A DNA stretch of 64,000 nt from a virus, in IMG/VR virus record IMGVR_UViG_3300042453_004683, positions 30,134-94,133 of that record; one strand, 5' to 3'. Made by a program: the position numbers and the translations under genes. Within the stretch, counting starts at the first letter, position 1. Every line of letters starts with the position of its first letter. The notes beneath the pieces are model-generated. The model ran no database searches. It saw only the letters and a list, made by a program, of their open reading frames with translations, and was not told where the DNA came from. This document shows positions 9,390 to 17,817 of this stretch, one piece after another.

Positions 9390-9625
9390 CAGTCCCTCCA
9401 CTGAGCCGTCTGGAAGATGCCTGCCACGTAGTCACCCGCGGGCGCGAGGTCACCGACCTGGTGAAGCCCGTACTTGGCGAACTCGGTGAGAACCCGCGGC
9501 ATGTTGTGCTTCGGCGCGATCAACGCGACGCGCCACTGATCGACCGCCTTGTGGGTGACGCTGCACGAGAACGCCAGTTCCTTGCTGAGGTCTTCGATGG
9601 CGTCGTGCAGGTTCCCGAACGACAT
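9389..9625 (-). CDS. hypothetical protein
   Basis: TGATG-coupled on both sides. Confidence 0.65.
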   Translation of the reverse strand: MSFGNLHDAIEDLSKELAFSCSVTHKAVDQWRVALIAPKHNMPRVLTEFAKYGLHQVGDLAPAGDYVAGIFQTAQWRD

Positions 9626-9864
9626 CAGGCACCCCGCTTGGCGAGCTGGGCGCGGAGCCTGGCGACCTCGGCCTCCAACTCGGTCACGCGGTTGATGGAG
9701 GCGACGGACCAGACGCGCTCCTGCCGCGCGTCGTTGTCGACGAGGCGCTGCTTCAGGTCGAGCCAGGACGACTTGCGGTCGCCCGAGTTCGTCGGGAGGT
9801 CACGCTTGCGGCAGATCGCCGCCAGTTCCAGCCAGTTCATGCCATCGTAGATGCTTTCCATCAC
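9625..9864 (-). CDS. small SAP/HeH-like protein with a coiled coil
   Basis: ELAAICRKRDLPTNSGDRK...LKQRL pattern. Confidence 0.55.
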   Translation of the reverse strand: MMESIYDGMNWLELAAICRKRDLPTNSGDRKSSWLDLKQRLVDNDARQERVWSVASINRVTELEAEVARLRAQLAKRGA

Positions 9865-9870
9865 AGTACC

Positions 9871-10134
9871 TCAGTCCTTGTCGATGTTGTAGACGGTCTC
9901 GGTCGTCACGGTGTAGCTGGTGACCGACTTGTCGGGCGCGAGCACCCACACGCGGACCGCCTCGGCTTCGTACATGCCGACGAGGTAGTCCTGCGCGGCC
10001 TGGAGGGCCAGGTCCTGGACGCTCTGGCCGGAGGCGCGGTGCTCGCGCTCGCCGAGCCGGCAGATGTCCACCCCGTCGAGGGTGCAGGCGGTGTTGTCGG
10101 TCACGAAGATGAAGTAGGTGTTGTCCGTGATCAT
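9871..10134 (-). CDS. hypothetical protein
   Basis: AAGGAG RBS; promoter at 10234-10205. Confidence 0.65.
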   Translation of the reverse strand: MITDNTYFIFVTDNTACTLDGVDICRLGEREHRASGQSVQDLALQAAQDYLVGMYEAEAVRVWVLAPDKSVTSYTVTTETVYNIDKD

Positions 10135-10230
10135 GGCGTTCCAGGGCTCCTTCTCGGTTGTTGCAGGGCGGCGGCTTTGTTGTTCACGCCGGCCGCCTGC
10201 CACAGCAGTAACCGGGCGGCGCCCCAGGCG

Positions 10231-10455
10231 TCAAGGTTCCTTCGCGATCCCAGCCAACTTCGCGTCCAGCGCGACCTTCCCGTGCATCCGCGCGCGGATG
10301 AGGAGAACGCCCTCCGGCAGCGTCGGCGTCCGCGCCACCTGCTCGTGGAGGGACGCGAGCTGATGCGCCAGGAGACGCAGGCGGTAGTGCGTCTCCTTGA
10401 TCCAGTGGTAGGTGGACAGCAGCGTCAGGTAGATAGCAAGGCGGATGAACAGCAT
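10231..10455 (-). CDS. small membrane-anchored protein
   Basis: Hydrophobic N-terminus; coupled to the upstream gene. Confidence 0.55.
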   Translation of the reverse strand: MLFIRLAIYLTLLSTYHWIKETHYRLRLLAHQLASLHEQVARTPTLPEGVLLIRARMHGKVALDAKLAGIAKEP

Positions 10456-10802
10456 CAACCATCCATGCGCTTGCGGGCGCGGTTGTAGGCAGCGGTCACC
10501 TTGGCCTCGAAGGTGCCACGGCCGATGACGATGGGGCTGCGGATGGCGACGTTGCTCCGCGCGTACTTGGCGATGTACGTCGCGAGCACGTTGGCGTCGT
10601 CAATGGCCTGCACGGCACGCTCACGCCACAGGTCGCGCTCGCGGGCGAGGAAAGCCACCTCATCCTGCAAGCGCCGCACGTCGGCGTCCGTAGGGGACAC
10701 GCCGATCACGCCCGGGATCGCGCCCAGGTCGGCCATCACGGGCCGGTTGTGATCGACGGCGCCGAGGTCGCGCACCTGGTCACGGCCGATGGCGACACTC
10801 AC
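10455..10802 (-). CDS. hypothetical protein
   Basis: GGAGG RBS; GTGA overlap. Confidence 0.65.
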   Translation of the reverse strand: MSVAIGRDQVRDLGAVDHNRPVMADLGAIPGVIGVSPTDADVRRLQDEVAFLARERDLWRERAVQAIDDANVLATYIAKYARSNVAIRSPIVIGRGTFEAKVTAAYNRARKRMDG

Positions 10803-10990
10803 TTGTCACCTCCGGCGATCAGCGCCTCAAGCTCGGCGACACGAGCCTCCAGCGCGCGGACCTGCGCCGCACGCTCGCGTGCGAGGTTGAGGTAGGTCAC
10901 CGCGTCGTCGCGCGCGGCCGCCTGGGCGCGGATGGCCTTGGCGAGGCGCCGGTGCAGACGAGCGACTTCGAGCAGTTCTTCCACGGTCAT
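10799..10990 (-). CDS. small coiled-coil protein
   Basis: AGGAG RBS; promoter TTGACG-N17-TACGTC at 11065-11037. Confidence 0.65.
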   Translation of the reverse strand: MTVEELLEVARLHRRLAKAIRAQAAARDDAVTYLNLARERAAQVRALEARVAELEALIAGGDK

Positions 10991-11274
10991 CGGGCTCTCC
11001 TGTGTGAGCGGCGTTGAGTGCCGCGACCACGCCAACGACGTAGCAAGGTGCCCGCCAGCCGTCAAGCAGCCCAGCTCGTCCAGGTGCGGTAGCCACATAC
11101 CAACGCCGTCAGGTGGTCCTCCATCAGTATGTTTACCACCCCCTCCGCTGCTCTTTGGCCGGAAAGAGTCAACGCGCCACTACGCACGCCGCTACGCATT
11201 ACACGCCGCCCGCCGTACGCGCGAGTACGGTGAACACGCCAGCCGCTACAAACCGCAACACGGCCAAAGAAGGC

Positions 11275-11440
11275 TGGGCAGCGGCGAAAGTTGACAGGTG
11301 GGCGCAGGATACCGCTCATGTTCTGCGAGAATGCGTCAGGGGTCTATCGTAGGGTATATAATCGAAATCGCCGAGAACGTGGTAACGAGCGGCGATCTCA
11401 CCGCCGGGGGTGATCCACTATCCTCCTAAGATCCTATAGA
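11275..11440 (-). repeat. dispersed modular non-coding element, copy A
   Basis: GATCTTAGGAGGATAGTGGATCA (11433-11411), identical to 29880-29902; two TCGCCGC boxes 108 bp apart. Confidence 0.85.
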
Positions 11441-11579
11441 CCCGTGCGCCCTGGATCGCGTCCGGCGTGGACCCCGTAGGGCGGGAGCCGGGAGGCTACC
11501 GGGCTATGACCTGGCCGGCTGGGTCATGTGCAAGCGGTAGAAGGGGCGGCTGAGACATAGGACATGAAGTCAACTGGTG

Positions 11580-12240
11580 CAAGGGGTGTAAGTCAGAAGA
11601 AGGGGTCGGGGTGGTGCGCGGCAGCGCACCGGGGGGCGCGACCGGGGGGCCTGGTGGCGGCGCGGCAGGCGGCGGGCGCGCTTGTGGGTGGGGTGCGGGG
11701 TTGTGCGGGGGGCGCCCGCTACCCGGCGGGGGGTGCGCGCTTCCCCTCCCGTCAGGCGGTGTGGCGCGTGGTAGACCGTGCCCCGTCTCACCCACGGTCG
11801 GCGGGCGCGCGGCGGCGGCCCGGACCCGCGGGGTCCTACGCTGCTCACCCCGTGAGGGACCGCGGGGCAGGGCAGGGGAAGAAGGGGTCAGGGTCGGCGG
11901 CGGGCGGGCGGGCGGGCGCCCCGGGCCCCGGGCCTGCGGGCGGACGTGGCCCGTGCTCGCACGCTACGGGCCCCAGGAGGCGCGTTGCCCCGGCGGGCGG
12001 GCCAGCGGTCGGGCCCCGGCGGGCGGCGCCTGGAAAGGGGCTTCCCGTGCAAGCGCGGGCGTCGGTGGTAGCCCCTACGTCAGACGGCTACCCGGAACGC
12101 GAGAAAGCCCCGACGGGCGGACCGTCGGGGCAGGCGGGGCAGGCGAGGTCAGGCGGGCGCGCGGCGGGCGGGCGGGCGGGCGGGCGCCCGCGGCGGCTAC
12201 GGGCGACGGGCGGCGGGCGACGGGCCCGGGGTCTCAGCAA
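11580..12240 (+). other. strongly G-skewed non-coding tract with (GGGC)n runs
   Basis: GGGCGGGCGGGCGGG at 11902-11916 and 12166-12184; no credible CDS. Confidence 0.65.
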
Positions 12241-12691
12241 CCCACGTCAGGAGGGCCAGCCCGACAAGCGCGGCGGCGCCAGCGCCCGACCCTGCGAGGG
12301 CGAACCACGGGATCGCGATCGCAAGGGCCAGCGTGCACGCTGCCCCGACGGCGGGCCCGGCGGCATCGGCCATCGTCGCGCCCGCGGCATCGGCCCAGCG
12401 CCCGAAGGCGCGGCGGGCCAGCGCCAGCGCCCCGACGACACCCCCCGCGGCGGCCCCGGCGGTCCGGGCGGCGGCCCCGATCGCCTTGCGGGGCGTGGTC
12501 CGGGCGGACGCGATCACGCGCTGACCGCGGGCCCCGTTCGGGCGGCGGCGGGAGATGACGATCGCGCACTCGATGTCAGCGCAGACGGTCCAGAGCCCGA
12601 CGACGGCGGCAACCGCGAGGGCCAGCGGCGCCAGCGCGAGACAGGCGAGGGAGGCGAGGGTCAAGGCGAGGGCGGCGGGGACGAGCAGCAT
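12197..12691 (-). CDS. membrane protein
   Basis: GGAGTG RBS as in the early genes; several Ala/Leu hydrophobic helices. Confidence 0.6.
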   Translation of the reverse strand: MLLVPAALALTLASLACLALAPLALAVAAVVGLWTVCADIECAIVISRRRPNGARGQRVIASARTTPRKAIGAAARTAGAAAGGVVGALALARRAFGRWADAAGATMADAAGPAVGAACTLALAIAIPWFALAGSGAGAAALVGLALLTWVAETPGPSPAARRP

Positions 12692-12902
12692 TGTAGGCAC
12701 TCCAAGTTGAGGGGCGGCGGCGCGCCCCGGGGGAACACTCGCCACGTAATGCGGCATCGGATCCGGGCAAGGCGAGATTAGCGCACAAGCGACGGAAAGT
12801 TGAAAGCGTCGGGCGGGCGGGCGCTTTCGACGATCGGCGGGCGGAGTGTTCACCGCTTTCACCGTTATATCTGTAGGGCCCGACGGCGGGCGGCGGGTGG
12901 TC

Positions 12903-13177
12903 CTCGAGAAGCTCGAGCCTATCGGCATTCTCGAGAATGGGATCCTCGAGCGGCGCGCGGCTGGGCTCGAGCGGCGGCGGGGTCAGCTCGCGAGCGGGTC
13001 AGCTCGACAGACGGGCGGGCGGAACTCGACACTCGACACGGGCGGGCGGGCTCGACACTCGGATCGCCCCCAAGTACTGCGACCAGGTTGTGTACCTGTA
13101 TCTTATGCTGCAACGCAGCATGACCATAAACGATGGATCACCTTGCTCTATGGATCGCGCTGATCGGCATTCTCGAC
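12903..13177. repeat. CTCGAG/CTCGAC cluster
   Basis: CTCGAG at 12903, 12912, 12930, 12945, 12966; CTCGAC at 13003, 13025, 13032, 13051, 13172. Confidence 0.9.
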
Positions 13178-13243
13178 AATCGAGGGTCGGCCCTATGCTG
13201 CAACGCAGCATGACGGGCCAGGTCCTATGCTGCACCGCAGCAT
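13105..13243. promoter_or_regulatory. three 17-bp palindromes ATGCTGC-A(A/C)C-GCAGCAT (PhaR-type operator)
   Basis: Copies at 13105-13121, 13195-13211 and 13227-13243. Confidence 0.75.
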
Positions 13244-13327
13244 GACGGCTGGAAGGTCGAGAACGTCGGCCCTATGCGGATCGTAGCGGTTTCTATCGCT
13301 TGCCTACAAATATCTGCCCCGCTCCCC

Positions 13328-13356
13328 TTGGCGGCGGCGAGCGCCCGCCATATGAT
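13328..13356 (+). promoter_or_regulatory. early sigma70-type promoter
   Basis: TTGGCG-N17-TATGAT; upstream AAATATCT also precedes the promoter at 16426. Confidence 0.75.
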
Positions 13357-13428
13357 GTCTGTGCCACCCAGCGGCGCGCCCGACGCGCCCGCTCCCCTCC
13401 CCTCCCCTCCCCCTCCGGAGTGTGCCCC

Positions 13429-13740
13429 ATGACCGATCCCGCGCTTGACCCCCGCTGCTCCTCCTGGACCTTCAATGCGGACGGTACGCTGACCGTCCGG
13501 GCCCCCGCGGGGCAGGAGCGCCCCATTCGGGCCCTCATGGCGGCTATGGGCTACGTCTGCCCCATCGTGGAAGACATGCCCGATGGTAGCGTGCTCATGC
13601 ACGATTCCCGCGCGATTGTCGAGATCTTCAATGACTGGCCCGTCAGCGGCCGCCGGTGCGACCCCGACCCCGAGGCCCCCGGCGGGCCGTGGTATGACGG
13701 CCCGGATCGCTGCGTGGTCGACGTGCTCAACCGCTACTGA
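13429..13740 (+). CDS. early hypothetical protein
   Basis: GGAGTGTGCCCC-ATG start signal. Confidence 0.75.
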   Translation: MTDPALDPRCSSWTFNADGTLTVRAPAGQERPIRALMAAMGYVCPIVEDMPDGSVLMHDSRAIVEIFNDWPVSGRRCDPDPEAPGGPWYDGPDRCVVDVLNRY

Positions 13741-13743
13741 CCT

Positions 13744-14175
13744 GCCCGCCCCCTTGCGGGGGCCCCGCGTTTGCCCTATCGGTATGCGTACTGGTAGGGC
13801 ATACCCGGCGCCCCGGCCCGGATTGTGCGTTTCACCTATTGGAGTGTTCCCGATGTCCCGTCGAACGATGGTTGAGATTGTTGATTGCTACGAGGATCCC
13901 GCGCTTGCTGCGGGGCGCGCGTGGCTTGAGGCCCGCCGGGAAGCGGATCGCCTCAGCGCGATCGCGCGGCATACCCCGTCCTATGCGGACCGGGCCCGCC
14001 GGGCCCGTGAGGATGTCGCCTTGCTTGAGGCCCTCATCCACCAGAAGTACGGTACCCCGTAGCCCGCCCCCTTGCGGGGCCCCGCGCTTGACGGATCGGC
14101 GTCGTGTCGATCCGTCAACCCCGGCGCCCCGGCCCGGATTGTGCGTTTGCTTTCAACCTGTATGGAGTGTTCCCT
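13744..14175 (+). repeat. repeated structured intergenic element (copies at about 13744-13852 and 14062-14175; diverged copies at about 14667-14817 and 15640-15779)
   Basis: Identical 29-mer at 13804-13832 and 14120-14148; central hairpins differ in sequence. Confidence 0.85.
13853..14062 (+). CDS. early hypothetical protein
   Basis: GGAGTGTTCCCG-ATG. Confidence 0.75.
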   Translation: MSRRTMVEIVDCYEDPALAAGRAWLEARREADRLSAIARHTPSYADRARRAREDVALLEALIHQKYGTP

Positions 14176-14664
14176 ATGTCCACCGACACCCGTTACCGCG
14201 TCCTCTGCGCCGATGTCTCCCCCCTCGACCACGGCGGTACGTTCTACCGCGGCAACCTGACCGATGGGTTTGACGTGTTTGAAGTACAGCCCGTCGTCGC
14301 CTTTGTGGGCGAAGACGAGGCGGCCGATGTCGGTTTCCCCTTCTGGAGCCGTGAGTCCTTCCACGATCGGGAGGACATCGCCGCTACCCTGTCCGATCGG
14401 CTCACTCTCGGGTACGTCGGCGCCGATCGGCTGCTCGGTCGCGATGTCGACAGCCTGACGGACGCTGAGATCCTTGAGGTTGTGTACGCTCGCCATGCGG
14501 TCGGCTGCGGTACCGACGAGGGCCCCGCGGGGTGGAGCGCGGATCTCCCCCTTGAGGATCTCGGGATCGATCCCGCTGACGGCGCGGCGGCCGATGATGA
14601 CTTTCGGCGCGATGTCCTCGGGGAAGACGACGACACCGACGACGACACCGACGACGGCGAATAG
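14176..14664 (+). CDS. early, highly acidic protein (candidate DNA mimic)
   Basis: GGAGTGTTCCCT-ATG; about 40 D/E, 11 R and no K. Confidence 0.75.
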   Translation: MSTDTRYRVLCADVSPLDHGGTFYRGNLTDGFDVFEVQPVVAFVGEDEAADVGFPFWSRESFHDREDIAATLSDRLTLGYVGADRLLGRDVDSLTDAEILEVVYARHAVGCGTDEGPAGWSADLPLEDLGIDPADGAAADDDFRRDVLGEDDDTDDDTDDGE

Positions 14665-14817
14665 CAGCCCCGCCCCCGCCCACCGTCGGCGGGTCGCCCC
14701 GATGACACCGGCTTAGCCGCTGGTGTCATCCGGCCGGCTCACCCTGAACGGTTGTTCATGGCCCGGATCCGTCAGTCAACCTGGCGCCGTTGCGCGCCTA
14801 TGCCCGGAGTGTTCCCT

Positions 14818-15144
14818 ATGTCCGATGTCAAGCCGCCCCGCCTCCCCCCGATCGATACCCTCGCCCGCATCGTGGCCGATGTCCGGCGGGATCTCTACCG
14901 CTACGACGCTGACGACGTGCCCTATATCCAAGTCACGATCGGGATCGACGGCCGCGGCGGGTGGGGCTACCAGACGGGCGATAACTCGTATTCCGGCGCG
15001 GCCTACCACTACCCGTACTGGGGTGTCGCCGAAGTCTACCGCCGGCGCGACGTGCGCGAGACCGCGCGAGACGTGGCCCGTCAGCTCCGCAACGATGCCG
15101 CAGAAGCGTACTGGGCCAGCGAACCCTACGCCCCCCGCGAGTAA
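14818..15144 (+). CDS. early hypothetical protein
   Basis: GGAGTGTTCCCT-ATG; WGYQTGDNSYSGAAY. Confidence 0.75.
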   Translation: MSDVKPPRLPPIDTLARIVADVRRDLYRYDADDVPYIQVTIGIDGRGGWGYQTGDNSYSGAAYHYPYWGVAEVYRRRDVRETARDVARQLRNDAAEAYWASEPYAPRE

Positions 15145-15240
15145 GCCCCCGCTGGCGCCCGCCGTCCCCTCCCGTTCCCCTCTCAACCCGCCCGCCCCGG
15201 CGCCGTCAGCCGGCGGGCCCCTCAATACGGAGTGTTTCCT

Positions 15241-15636
15241 ATGCCCTACCGCCCCGCGCCGTTCACCGGCTACCGCAAGGCCCTCTATGTCTATGTCCGC
15301 ACGACGTTCAATGGCGCGCCCGCCGTCGTCTGGGGCGGCTACCCGCCCGCCGGCGCGGGCGTGGCGAGCGTCAACGTCCCCGACCCCGCCCGCTGGACCG
15401 GCAAGCGGCGGGTCAACGTCCCCTATCTGGGGCTGCCCCTCAAGCTACAGGCGCTGTTCATCGGCCGGATCGTCTGGGCCCGCGCGCTTCACCGGCGCCG
15501 GCACGCCCTCCCCTGTCTGTCCTGCTACAACCCCGGCCCCGCGCCCCGCCCGCGTGACAGCCGGGGCCGGTTCGCCCCGCTCCCCGACGCGCCGCCCGTG
15601 GCCTACTGGCAACCGCCCCGCCCGTGGAACGGGTAG
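15241..15636 (+). CDS. early basic hypothetical protein
   Basis: GGAGTGTTTCCT-ATG. Confidence 0.7.
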   Translation: MPYRPAPFTGYRKALYVYVRTTFNGAPAVVWGGYPPAGAGVASVNVPDPARWTGKRRVNVPYLGLPLKLQALFIGRIVWARALHRRRHALPCLSCYNPGPAPRPRDSRGRFAPLPDAPPVAYWQPPRPWNG

Positions 15637-15779
15637 CCCCGCCCGGTAGCTTCCCCGCCCCGTCGGGGCGCCCCGCCGGTACCACGGCTGACCCGCCGAT
15701 CGTGGTACCCGCCGGCCGCTGGCCCGATGTCTCTCCCTCAACCCCCGGCGCCGCCGCGCGCCTCCCTCAGGAGCGTTCC

Positions 15780-15977
15780 ATGCGCAACCGCCCCGCCCAT
15801 TCGGGCTTGCACGTTCTCGACTACTACAACCCCGCCCGGACCACGGCCGACCCCGACGGCTGGCGCGACCGCGAGACCGCCCGCGGCCGCCGCGCCCGCC
15901 GCCGCGGGTACGCCCGCGCGGAGCGGATCGATCGCGCCCTCGCCGCCGCCGACGCGGCCGCCGGGGGTGCCCGGTGA
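15780..15977 (+). CDS. early small basic protein
   Basis: AGGAGCGTTCC-ATG. Confidence 0.65.
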   Translation: MRNRPAHSGLHVLDYYNPARTTADPDGWRDRETARGRRARRRGYARAERIDRALAAADAAAGGAR

Positions 15978-16381
15978 GCGCCCGTGTAACCGTCGGCGGC
16001 CCCTCCCCCGCCGCGCCCCCCGAGCTGGGGCCCTACGCCCAGCGGATCGCCGTCATCCGCCCGCTGCTCACCGGGGAGCGCGCCGAGGTCTGGACCTATG
16101 GCGGCGACGGGATCGCGATCGTCAGCGTCGACAAGCCGCGCGGCCGGTCCGCCGGTGGGCGCGTGGTCTTCGCCGCCACCGGCTACCCGCAGAGCGTCAG
16201 GCGCTTCGGCGACATTGGGATCGCGGGTAACGTGTTTGACTATGGTCTTTACTGGGCCGACGAGTCCGCCGATCTCGCGGCCGCCGAGGATGTCACGATC
16301 GATCGCGCGTGGTGGGGCTCTGCCCTCGCCGACGCGGCCGCCGGCGCCGTATTCGCTGCGGCTGAGCGCGCCGGCCGGTAG
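15974..16381 (+). CDS. early hypothetical protein
   Basis: GTGA overlap; codon bias. Confidence 0.7.
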   Translation: MSARVTVGGPSPAAPPELGPYAQRIAVIRPLLTGERAEVWTYGGDGIAIVSVDKPRGRSAGGRVVFAATGYPQSVRRFGDIGIAGNVFDYGLYWADESADLAAAEDVTIDRAWWGSALADAAAGAVFAAAERAGR

Positions 16382-16425
16382 CTGCCCCGGCACGGGGGAA
16401 AGATTAGAAATATCTCCCCCGGCCC

Positions 16426-16454
16426 TTGACCCCCTCCCCTCAGTCAGATATAAG
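16426..16454 (+). promoter_or_regulatory. early sigma70-type promoter
   Basis: TTGACC-N17-TATAAG with an AT-rich upstream element. Confidence 0.75.
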
Positions 16455-16514
16455 AGTGTATCACCCGGCGGGCAGACAACCCCCCGCCGCTTCCCCTCCC
16501 CGGAGTGTGTCATC

Positions 16515-16850
16515 ATGGCGTTCCCTTCCGTAAAGACCCTTACCACGCGCCTCCCCCTGTCCGCCGATCAGGCCGCCGAGCTTCGGAAACTCGCCGCCGA
16601 CGGGCGCAAGCCCGGGGTCATCCTCGCCGCCGCCGATCGGATGCTCGGCGCGCATGGTGTGGAGCGTATCGTGCCCGACCGGGCCATGAATGACCCGTGG
16701 TGCGCGGACCGTGGGATCCGCTACGTCAACCGCGGCGATAGCTACGATGACACCCTGATCCACGACACCCGCCGGGATACGTGGCGCGTCTGTAGCTGGG
16801 CGGGCATCATCGAGGCGCAGCCCGCCCGGTTCAACGGCGCCGGCTTCTAA
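16515..16850 (+). CDS. early hypothetical protein
   Basis: GGAGTGTGT RBS; YVNRGDSYDDTL motif. Confidence 0.75.
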   Translation: MAFPSVKTLTTRLPLSADQAAELRKLAADGRKPGVILAAADRMLGAHGVERIVPDRAMNDPWCADRGIRYVNRGDSYDDTLIHDTRRDTWRVCSWAGIIEAQPARFNGAGF

Positions 16851-16926
16851 CGCTGTAGCTGGCTCCCTCCCCCGCCGGGCGCGGTCCGCCCGGCCTGTCC
16901 CTGTAACTCTGTCCCTATGGTGACCT

Positions 16927-17175
16927 ATGGTGATCTTCATTGTCGCGCGTGAGTACTTCCGTTCCGCCGGGCACACTGTCCAGGGCATCACTTGGGCGGC
17001 CTACCTTGACGGTGAGCGCGTCGGCGGCGGCTACCTGCCCCCCGACGCGGTGAGCGGGAACCACGCTGCGCGGTATCGCGTCAATCAGGCGGCCGTGGCG
17101 GCCGGTCTCGGCGACATCGCCGCCGCAGCGTGCGAGATCGTGCGCGTCCCCGTCAACCGGTTGCGCGACGCTTAG
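16927..17175 (+). CDS. early hypothetical protein
   Basis: ORF within the early array. Confidence 0.55.
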   Translation: MVIFIVAREYFRSAGHTVQGITWAAYLDGERVGGGYLPPDAVSGNHAARYRVNQAAVAAGLGDIAAAACEIVRVPVNRLRDA

Positions 17176-17213
17176 GCCCCTCCGTCTCAACGTCCACACT
17201 TGGAGTACGCATC

Positions 17214-17633
17214 ATGCCCCGCCCCCGTCTCGTGCCCGCCCACGCCCTCCGCGCCGCCGTCCCCGGCGCGGCGCTCCCCGAATGGGCCCGCCGCCACAAC
17301 CGCGCCGTGTTCGATCCGCAGGGCTTCGAGCTGCCGATCGTGTTGCTCTGGCGCGCGATCGTGTCGGCCCCCGACCTGCCCGTCAGCCGGCAGACGGCAA
17401 CCACGATCCGCGCGCGCTACGCCGCCGAGCACCGGCACCGCTACGGCTCCCCCGTCACCGATGATTGCGTCATCGGGGAGGCGCTGGCCGCCGCCCTCGC
17501 CCCGGACGGCACCGCCGCCGAGCGGCTCAACGCCGCCGCCGACCTGCTCAACGGGGAGATCGGCCGCCTCGACGGCGGTACCCTGTCCGGCCTGCTCGTG
17601 GCCGCCGCGGCCCGCGCGGGCGTGACCCTGTAG
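17214..17633 (+). CDS. early hypothetical protein
   Basis: TGGAGT RBS; LLNGEIGRLDGGTL. Confidence 0.7.
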   Translation: MPRPRLVPAHALRAAVPGAALPEWARRHNRAVFDPQGFELPIVLLWRAIVSAPDLPVSRQTATTIRARYAAEHRHRYGSPVTDDCVIGEALAAALAPDGTAAERLNAAADLLNGEIGRLDGGTLSGLLVAAAARAGVTL

Positions 17634-17817
17634 CAGGGCCGCCCGACGGCGAACGGCGCCCGCCGACAACGGCGCCGGCATCGAGTGCATTAGCCGTGGC
17701 AGTACGGGTAACCCGCATGGGGCGGGTGACCTGGCCGCCTATGGCTACACGCCCGACCCTTCCGGCTGCAATGATGCCGGACAGCGCCCCGGGGAATGGG
17801 GAGACAGGGAACGCACA

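Noticed and set aside
11291-11296. TTGACA within Box 2 of the dispersed element as a promoter -35
   Set aside because: No TA-starting -10 at 16-18 bp spacing in any copy
11564-12781. 405-aa and 315-aa plus-strand ORFs in the G-rich tract
   Set aside because: Low-complexity G/R/A/P translations with no RBS or codon bias
13104-13246. CRISPR mini-array from the three palindromic repeats
   Set aside because: Repeats are only about 21 bp, the gaps between palindromes are irregular (73 and 15 bp), and there is no cas operon
13744-14175. Known self-cleaving ribozyme (hammerhead, HDV or twister) in the repeated spacers
   Set aside because: No CTGATGA/GAAA core, and I could not build a convincing HDV or twister fold by eye
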